Source: an uncultured Microthrixaceae bacterium (GTDB taxonomy: Bacteria; Actinomycetota; Acidimicrobiia; Acidimicrobiales; DATDAH01). From it: a DNA stretch of 64,000 nucleotides. Under the pieces are notes generated by a model. The model searched no databases. It saw only the letters and a list, made by a program, of their open reading frames with translations, and was not told the origin of the DNA. The stretch lies in contig CAZWMT010000015.1 of the NCBI GenBank assembly GCA_964635055.1, positions 36,632-100,631 on the forward strand. Reading direction: 5' to 3'. Shown one piece after another: positions 55,560 through 61,597 of the stretch. The stretch's first letter is position 1, and every line of letters starts with the position of its first letter. A program made the translations under genes and the position numbers.

Positions 55560-56899
55560 CTGCAGGTGCCGAGAAGTCATCGGGCCACTGATTGGCGGTC
55601 GTCGGCCTGCTCCATCTCAGCGCGCTCGCCGCGGCTGGCTCTCGCTGACCTGCGGAGCTGCGTTCGCCGCGGTGGCGCGGGTGTCTCGATGCGCGTGAGG
55701 CGCGCTGAGGACGCCCAGGGGTTCGGGGCCGGCTCGGGCGTGAGCGAGTCTCAGAGCGTCGTGCTTGGTGCTCGGCGTGACCGAGGGTGGGTCCTGCGGA
55801 TGGTTCAGGCTGCGGTGCGGTACTCGTTGATGAGTCCGGCGCAGGTGGCGCGCCGCTCAACGGTCCGCCCGGTGGCCATCTCGATCACGGTGCCCTCGTC
55901 GTCGGGGCGTGTTGGCCAAGGGCCCGGTGGGGGCGGTGGCTGTTGTAGTGGTCGATGTAGTCGGTGATGAGGCGGTGGAGTTGGCGTTCGTTCCAGATGA
56001 TGGTGCGGTCGAGGAGCTCGTGACGGAGGGTCCGCACCCAGCGTTCGGCGTAGGCGTTGGCCATCGGGGCGCGGGGTGGGGTGGTGATCGGTTCGATCCC
56101 GGCGCCCTCGAAGACGGCGTCGAAGGCGGGGGAGTACTGGCCGGCGCCGTCGTGGACCACGAACCGAAACCCGTCGGGGAGGTCGATGAGGAGGTTGCGG
56201 GCGGCTTGGGTGGTCCATGCCCCGGTGGGGTTGGTCGTGATCCCGGCGAGGTGCACCCGGCGGGTGCCGATCTCGATGAAGAACAGGACGTGGAGGCGCC
56301 GGAGGGTGGCGGTGTCGACGCAGCAGAAGTCGGTGGCGATCACCGCCCGCGCCTGCGATCGGATGAACTGCGCCCAGCTGGGCCCGGTCCGGTTCGGGGT
56401 GGGGTCAATGCCGCCGTCGCGGAGGGTCTTCCACACGCTCGAGGCGGCGACGTTGTGGCCCAGGCGGGTCAGTTCTCCGTGGATGCGCCGGTAGCCCCAG
56501 GCGGGGTTCTCCCGGGCCATTCGGATGGCGAGGCGGCGGATCTCGGCGTGCACCGGCGGCCGTCCCCGTCTGGCAGCGGCGGGTTGGGTCCATCGTCGGG
56601 CGACGAGGCGGCGGTGCCAGCCGATGACGGTGGCCGGTTGCACGATCAGGAACACCTCCCGCAGACGGGCCCGGTCGACCACGGTCGACAACACCGCGAG
56701 GACGGTGCGGTCCGTCTCGGTGAAGACTGGTCGGGCGACCTGGCGTTGCAGGACGAGGACCTGGTGGCGCAGGGCGAGGATCTCGGCGTCGCGCTCGTCG
56801 CCGGCGGCGAACAGCCAGCCGAGGCGGCATAGGACCAGACGAGCGATCGACGGGACGAGGTTGATGGCGGCGGCGACGGTATCGGCGTCTCGCCACCGG
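55560..56899 (-). mobile_element. Decayed IS copy 2: rve-type transposase with a 1-nt frameshift near the C-terminus and no canonical start
   Basis: ORF 55885..56694 retains D (ATDFCCVDT), D (VVHDGAGQYSP) and E (ERWVRTLRHELLD). The tail ...DDEGTVIEMATGRTVERRATCAGLINEYRTAA is in another frame (ORF 55805..56218). The frame upstream of the listed GTG stays open (LCRLGWLFAAGDERDAEILALRHQ) but has no ATG, GTG or TTG. Confidence 0.7.
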
Positions 56900-56917
56900 T
56901 TCGTTCAGCGATGTTCG

Positions 56918-57709
56918 TCATTCAGGCGAGCCGACGACTTCGGCGAGGAGCGCTCGGATCCTGGTCCGTCGCCGCGCGGCGGCGTCTGGTTGGAGGTCGC
57001 GGGTCAGCGCTGGGAGCGCGGTTCCGCCCGGTCCGAGCTGTCGCCACAGGAGTGTCCGGAGCCGTCCCAGTGCCGGGTCGGTGTCGAAGGCGTCCGGGGT
57101 GACGTCATCGGCCGCCGCGATCTCGAGGCACCGCCAGAGGTCGTCGGCGTCGCGGCTCTCGTCCCGGACCGTGCGAGCGTGAGCCTTCAACCCGAGGGTG
57201 CTGGCCGCATCGGGGAGGACCACGGTCGTCGTGAGTGCGGAGCCGTCGGTGAGACGGAGCTCAGCGGTGATGGCCACGCCCGCACGGCGAAGGGCGGTGG
57301 CGAGACCGGGGACCTCGGTGGTGGTCACGTCGCCGACCTTGACGGTGCGGCGGGCGTGGGAGGTGTACGCGGGCACGAGGAGGTCGACCGCGGCGACGCG
57401 CCGGTCGTCGATGTGCCGTTCCCACCGGTTGCCGAAGGTCTTGGCGTACCCGAGGGCTTCGATCGCCTCGGCCAGCTCCGGTCGCGCCAGCACGTGTGGC
57501 GCCATCCCGAAGTCGGCGTCGCCGGTCGCCCGCAACGGGAGGTCGAGACCGAGCCGCTGCACGTGGAGCAGAACCGCGGTTCCCCCGATCAAGCGGTGGT
57601 CCTGTTCGGCGCCAACGGCGCTCATCGCACTACTGACGTCGGCGATGGCGGTGAACCCGCCGTCCATCGCCGCGGACAGGGTGGCCAGCACGACCCGCCC
57701 GGTCGTCAC
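56918..57709 (-). CDS. Nucleotidyltransferase, AbiEii/AbiGii-like toxin
   Basis: 263 aa. NTase signature LIGGTAVLLHVQRLGLDLPLRATGDADF (GG...DxD). GTGA overlap with the upstream HTH gene. Confidence 0.7.
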   Translation of the reverse strand: MTTGRVVLATLSAAMDGGFTAIADVSSAMSAVGAEQDHRLIGGTAVLLHVQRLGLDLPLRATGDADFGMAPHVLARPELAEAIEALGYAKTFGNRWERHIDDRRVAAVDLLVPAYTSHARRTVKVGDVTTTEVPGLATALRRAGVAITAELRLTDGSALTTTVVLPDAASTLGLKAHARTVRDESRDADDLWRCLEIAAADDVTPDAFDTDPALGRLRTLLWRQLGPGGTALPALTRDLQPDAAARRRTRIRALLAEVVGSPE

Positions 57710-58389
57710 GGGGTCCCGCCAATGGTGCGATCGAGGATCGCCCGGCGCAGGCGATCAGCGGCCTCTGCCCGGTCCTCGCCGCCGAGGTCGAGGAGGTCCC
57801 ACCATTGCTGGACCGGATCGGTGATCGGGATGCCCTCGACGAGGCGCGGTCCCGCCGGCCCGGACAACAACGTGTCGTCACGGGTCCAGCGGACGATCAT
57901 CGACGCGTCGGCGCGGCCCTCGGCGGGCACGAGCCCGACGTCGTCCAAGGGCAGCGGCCCGCTTGCGTAGACCACGGTGAGCGTGGGGTGGCGCCATGGG
58001 ACCAGGAGATCGGGTGCGAGATCGGCGGAGAGCGCGACCGCCACGTGGCGGTCGCCGGCGAACTCGATCACTTGGTCGGCCTGCTCGGCGATCGGGCGGG
58101 TGCCGTACCAGTGCGACTCGGGCTCCACGAGCGAAGGGCGGGACCGATCGCGGTAGAGGTCCAGCAGCTTCGCTGGGTGCCCCCGGTAGCCGCCATCGAC
58201 GGCCTCCACGGCGTCGCTCAGGGCGAACCCCCGGAGAACCTGAGACACACGAGGCTGGGTGACGCCGACCGCGCGAGCGATCGCGACGCCGGTGAGCGGG
58301 ACCTCTGCTGCGATCAGCAGGCGCGCGATGGCGGCCGTGCCCCCACCCCACTTGCGAGCCGCCGCCCCCGGCGTGACGACACCTGCCAT
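57706..58389 (-). CDS. wHTH transcriptional regulator, AbiEi-like antitoxin
   Basis: 227 aa. N-terminal HTH LTGVAIARAVGVTQPRVSQVLRGF. It is translationally coupled to the NTase gene, and an inverted repeat lies immediately upstream. Confidence 0.55.
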   Translation of the reverse strand: MAGVVTPGAAARKWGGGTAAIARLLIAAEVPLTGVAIARAVGVTQPRVSQVLRGFALSDAVEAVDGGYRGHPAKLLDLYRDRSRPSLVEPESHWYGTRPIAEQADQVIEFAGDRHVAVALSADLAPDLLVPWRHPTLTVVYASGPLPLDDVGLVPAEGRADASMIVRWTRDDTLLSGPAGPRLVEGIPITDPVQQWWDLLDLGGEDRAEAADRLRRAILDRTIGGTP

Positions 58390-58397
58390 GCCGCCAG

Positions 58398-58438
58398 CCT
58401 ATAAGTGTTCTCGGTCAAGACCAAGGAACACTTATAGG
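58398..58438. promoter_or_regulatory. Inverted repeat (13-bp arms, 15-bp spacer) upstream of the AbiEi-like gene; candidate autoregulatory operator
   Basis: CCTATAAGTGTTC (58398-58410) and GAACACTTATAGG (58426-58438) are perfect complements in a locally AT-rich stretch, 9 nt from the start codon. Confidence 0.6.
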
Positions 58439-58489
58439 TGCCCCTGACCGACCACCGGTCGGATCCGCCCCACAGCGGTTGGTCGACGC

Positions 58490-58570
58490 GTTCCCGAATC
58501 CGGCGGAATCCGTTCCCGGGCGTCGTGAGGCCCATGGCCCCTGGGATTTCCACCGGCCCCACGCGGGCCG
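58490..58570 (+). repeat. 81-bp direct repeat, copy B
   Basis: Colinear with 55398-55478 and in the same orientation. Confidence 0.7.
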
Positions 58571-58673
58571 CGGGCCTCATGGCCACAGCCGTGGGAGTCC
58601 CAGCCTATCGTACCGGTCTACTCATTACAAATCACATCTGATGTGAATAGTGAATAGTCGCTAGGCTGGACTC

Positions 58674-59294
58674 GTGACGAAGCACGTCGGGCCGGCGATA
58701 CCGGTCCCGGACACGAGGAACCCGTTCGGGGGCAAGGGCCTGGCCGTGACCCTGGCGCTCCTGCTGAGCCCCGGGCGCCCTCGATCGGTCGCCGAGCTCG
58801 CGGACGCGGCACAGGCGAGCCGAGCGCTCGCCAGCATGGTGATCCGAGAGCTCCGCCGGCTGCACCTCGTCGGAGGAGAGGTGAACCAGGGCAGGGCCGG
58901 TGCCCTACGGCCGACCGCGGCCCTGCTCCTCGAAGCAGCGCAGCACTGGCCGCAACCGGTTGCGTCGGTCATCGGCGGGCACCCGCCGCAGGATTCGTAC
59001 CCGGTGGGCGGTGGTCCCGCCGCCCGCGGTCTGCTGCCCGACGTGTGGGACCCGCCCCCACGGGTGTACGTCCGCTCGCCCGGGCAGGCCCAGGAACTGC
59101 TCGCTGAGGCCGGCGGTCACCTCGTGGCGGGCGGTGCCGCTGACTGGGAGATCGCAGTCGTCGACTACCCCTTCGATCCGGGTCCGGTTCCCCCCGTCGT
59201 CGTGGCCCTCGAGCTCGGCTCGACGCCCCGGGGTCGCGAGATGCTCGACCGCCACGCCGCCGATCTGAGGCTGGAGTGGGGGGACGATCGGTGA
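58674..59294 (+). CDS. wHTH protein, possible second AbiEi-like antitoxin/regulator
   Basis: 206 aa with a GTG start. HTH-like RSVAELADAAQASRALASMVIRELRRLHLV. The AT-rich upstream region carries the palindrome TCACATCTGATGTGA (58632-58646). Confidence 0.45.
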   Translation: MTKHVGPAIPVPDTRNPFGGKGLAVTLALLLSPGRPRSVAELADAAQASRALASMVIRELRRLHLVGGEVNQGRAGALRPTAALLLEAAQHWPQPVASVIGGHPPQDSYPVGGGPAARGLLPDVWDPPPRVYVRSPGQAQELLAEAGGHLVAGGAADWEIAVVDYPFDPGPVPPVVVALELGSTPRGREMLDRHAADLRLEWGDDR

Positions 59295-59434
59295 CCGACG
59301 AACCGGACGTGACGATCGCCGTACCGGGCGACGTCGTGGCGAGTCTCGCCACAATCAGCGGGGCCGTCGGCGCGCCCACGGTCCTCGTCGGCAGGTGGGC
59401 CTGCGGCTCCTCATCCCGGCCCTCGAGAGCCTGA
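59291..59434 (+). pseudogene. Possible truncated partner (toxin remnant) of the 58674 gene
   Basis: A 47-codon ORF coupled by a GTGA overlap: VTDEPDVTIAVPGDVVASLATISGAVGAPTVLVGRWACG... The TVLVGRWA segment weakly resembles the LIGGTA start of an NTase. It is too short to be functional. Confidence 0.25.
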
Positions 59435-59519
59435 GCGCGTTTTCGGATCGCGCCACGCGTCACCGAATCGCCAACAGCCAATCCGTAGAGGTTGCGATCG
59501 GGACGTAGGTGCCGAGCAG

Positions 59520-60212
59520 TCAAGGGTGCCGCGCGAGCCCTCGGATCAATCGTTCCCAGAGCCGGTCCGCCGCCGCGATCGGGTCGTCGGGCGGCGAGAT
59601 CCCGCTGATGACTGGGGCGAACGCGCTGAACATGACCGCCTGAAGCACGTAGCCGGTTCCCTCGCCCTCGGTGTCCGCCTCCAGGACACCAGACTCTGCA
59701 GCGGCGGCGAGAAGACCATTGACCATTGACGCCAACGGCGCAAACGCCGCGGTCGCGTCGGCGGGGCGGTAGATGAGCAGGTGCTGGACGAATAGGGCCA
59801 TGGCGCGGGTGCGCAGCGGGTTGTCGGCGTAGCGGGCGGTGTTGAGCAGGCAGAGGTGGTGATACTCGACGACGAAGCGGTGGAGGCGCTCGGTCGGGTC
59901 CTCGATGCCGTCGAGCGCGGCCGCGATCTGCTCGGTGGTCTCGTGCATCGACTCTTCGAACACGGCGAGGAGGAGCTCGTCCTTGCCAGCGAAGTGCTGG
60001 TAGAAGCTCCGGGTCGACTGACCGGAGCGGTCGACGACCTGCTGGAGGGTGAAGTCCTTGCCGTCGGAGCTGTTGAGGAGCTCGCGGGCGGCGTCGAGGA
60101 AGGCCTGCACCCGGTCTTCTGCCCGTTGTCGGGCCGGGTCGGCGGTGCGGGAGACCGCCAGGGCACGCCGGCTGGATGGCTCGGTGGCCAGGTCGTCGCT
60201 CACAGCTGCCAC
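59520..60212 (-). CDS. TetR/AcrR family transcriptional regulator (second)
   Basis: HTH FLDAARELLNSSDGKDFTLQQVVDRSGQSTRSFYQHFAGKDELL. GTG start at 60212 (or 60203). The long listed ORF upstream of that is Ser/Pro/Ala-rich artefact. Confidence 0.85.
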   Translation of the reverse strand: MAAVSDDLATEPSSRRALAVSRTADPARQRAEDRVQAFLDAARELLNSSDGKDFTLQQVVDRSGQSTRSFYQHFAGKDELLLAVFEESMHETTEQIAAALDGIEDPTERLHRFVVEYHHLCLLNTARYADNPLRTRAMALFVQHLLIYRPADATAAFAPLASMVNGLLAAAAESGVLEADTEGEGTGYVLQAVMFSAFAPVISGISPPDDPIAAADRLWERLIRGLARHP

Positions 60213-60253
60213 GTTACCCGGTCCCAAGGCATCGGGAGTCGACTTCCCGCTGA

Positions 60254-60291
60254 TGAAAATGATACTTTCACTTCCGGGATCAAGACTTTCA
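60254..60291. promoter_or_regulatory. AT-rich candidate operator between TetR-2 and the SBP-2 gene
   Basis: TGAAAATGATACTTTCA (arms TGAAA/TTTCA), plus a second ACTTTCA 21 nt downstream. Confidence 0.3.
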
Positions 60292-60306
60292 GACGATGAC
60301 GGGGGG

Positions 60307-61593
60307 ATGGTCATGGCCAAGCCGGCGAAGTGGCTGCTCGTGGTGGGCGCGGTGGTGTTGCTCACCGCAGGGTGTGCCAGCGGGGGAGGGGGCAGCGGTT
60401 CGGGCGGGGACGACGAGTCGGCCGATGACACGAGCGCACCGTCGCCCCCCGACGCGCCTGAGTTCGAGGGCGAGCCCATCAGGTTCGTGGTGGCGACCGC
60501 GGTGGCCGGCGTGGTCGCGCAGCCGGAGATCTTCGATGCTGCTGACGCCGCCGTCGCGGCGATCAACGCCGACGGCGGGATCGAGGACCCAGCCGGTGGG
60601 CCGGCTCGGCCCCTCGAGGTCGTCCGCTGTGAAGCCGGTGCCGGCGGCAACGAGGATCCCGATGCTGCGCTGAACTGCGCCCGGGACACCATCGACCAGG
60701 ACGTCGTCGCGGTGGTGGGTCGCTACCTGTTCGGGGCCGACGGCACCCAGGCGTGGGCCGATGCGGGCATCCCCATGATCGGTAGCTCGCCGAACGAGGT
60801 CGAAGACTTCACCAACGAGTTCGTGTACCCGATCACCGGCGGAGCCCTGGCAGGTGCGCCCGGAGTCGGCATCGCGCTCCAGCAGGCCGGCGCGGAGACG
60901 ATCGCCCTCATCACCGGCGACGTCGAGGCCGGTCGCCAGCTCCCAGGGCTGATCACCCCGGCGTTGGAGAACGAGGACGATCTCGTGCAGGAGACCTACG
61001 TGCCCCTCGATCCCTCGGCCGACTACACCGCTCAGCTCGCCCAGCTGGTGAGCCTGAACCCGGACGCCGTCGCCGTGTTCGGATCATCGGACATCAACGT
61101 GCGGGCGATCTCGGGGCTCCGCGACGCGGGCTATACCGGGCTGATCGGGATGCCCGGCACGGCGCTCACGCCCGATGGCCTCGAGGCGCTCGGTGATGCG
61201 GCCGAGGGCGCGATCCTGGCGAGCAGCTTCGACGCACCGAACGGTGGCCAGAGCGAGGGGATCCAGCAGTTCAACGAGGAGATGGACACCTACGCCCCCG
61301 ATGCCGCCCGGACCGATCTGGCCATCAACGCCTGGGCATCGGTGCACCTGTTCGCCGACGTCCTGGCCGAGGCCGACGCCATCGACCCCGCATCGGTGGT
61401 CGACGCCCTTGACGGGTTCGAGGTGGACCTCGACGGTCTGTCCCCGCCGTTCACCATGGGCGTCCCGGACAACCAGCTGGACCTGCCTCGGATCTTCACG
61501 GTCGCGTTCCAGGTGCAGGAGATCTCGGGTGGCGAGGTCGTCCCGACCGGGGACGGCGAATTCCTCGACGTGAACGACTTCGTGACGGAGTGA
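60307..61593 (+). CDS. ABC transporter substrate-binding lipoprotein, Liv/Peripla_BP_6 type (second system)
   Basis: Signal peptide plus lipobox: KWLLVVGAVVLLTAGC. It is followed by Liv-type permease genes. Confidence 0.85.
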   Translation: MVMAKPAKWLLVVGAVVLLTAGCASGGGGSGSGGDDESADDTSAPSPPDAPEFEGEPIRFVVATAVAGVVAQPEIFDAADAAVAAINADGGIEDPAGGPARPLEVVRCEAGAGGNEDPDAALNCARDTIDQDVVAVVGRYLFGADGTQAWADAGIPMIGSSPNEVEDFTNEFVYPITGGALAGAPGVGIALQQAGAETIALITGDVEAGRQLPGLITPALENEDDLVQETYVPLDPSADYTAQLAQLVSLNPDAVAVFGSSDINVRAISGLRDAGYTGLIGMPGTALTPDGLEALGDAAEGAILASSFDAPNGGQSEGIQQFNEEMDTYAPDAARTDLAINAWASVHLFADVLAEADAIDPASVVDALDGFEVDLDGLSPPFTMGVPDNQLDLPRIFTVAFQVQEISGGEVVPTGDGEFLDVNDFVTE

Positions 61594-61597
61594 CGTC

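Noticed and set aside
55805-56899. Programmed -1/+1 ribosomal frameshifting in IS copy 2.
   Set aside because: Single-ORF rve transposases of this type do not normally use frameshifting. The shift lies near the extreme C-terminus, not between HTH and catalytic domains. Copy 1 reads through the same region in one frame, and both copies also lack start codons. Decay is the simpler explanation.
53196-59520. A prophage or integrative conjugative element.
   Set aside because: There are no integrase/recombinase (tyrosine or serine), capsid, tail, terminase, relaxase or T4SS genes. Only IS remnants and small TA-like modules are present.
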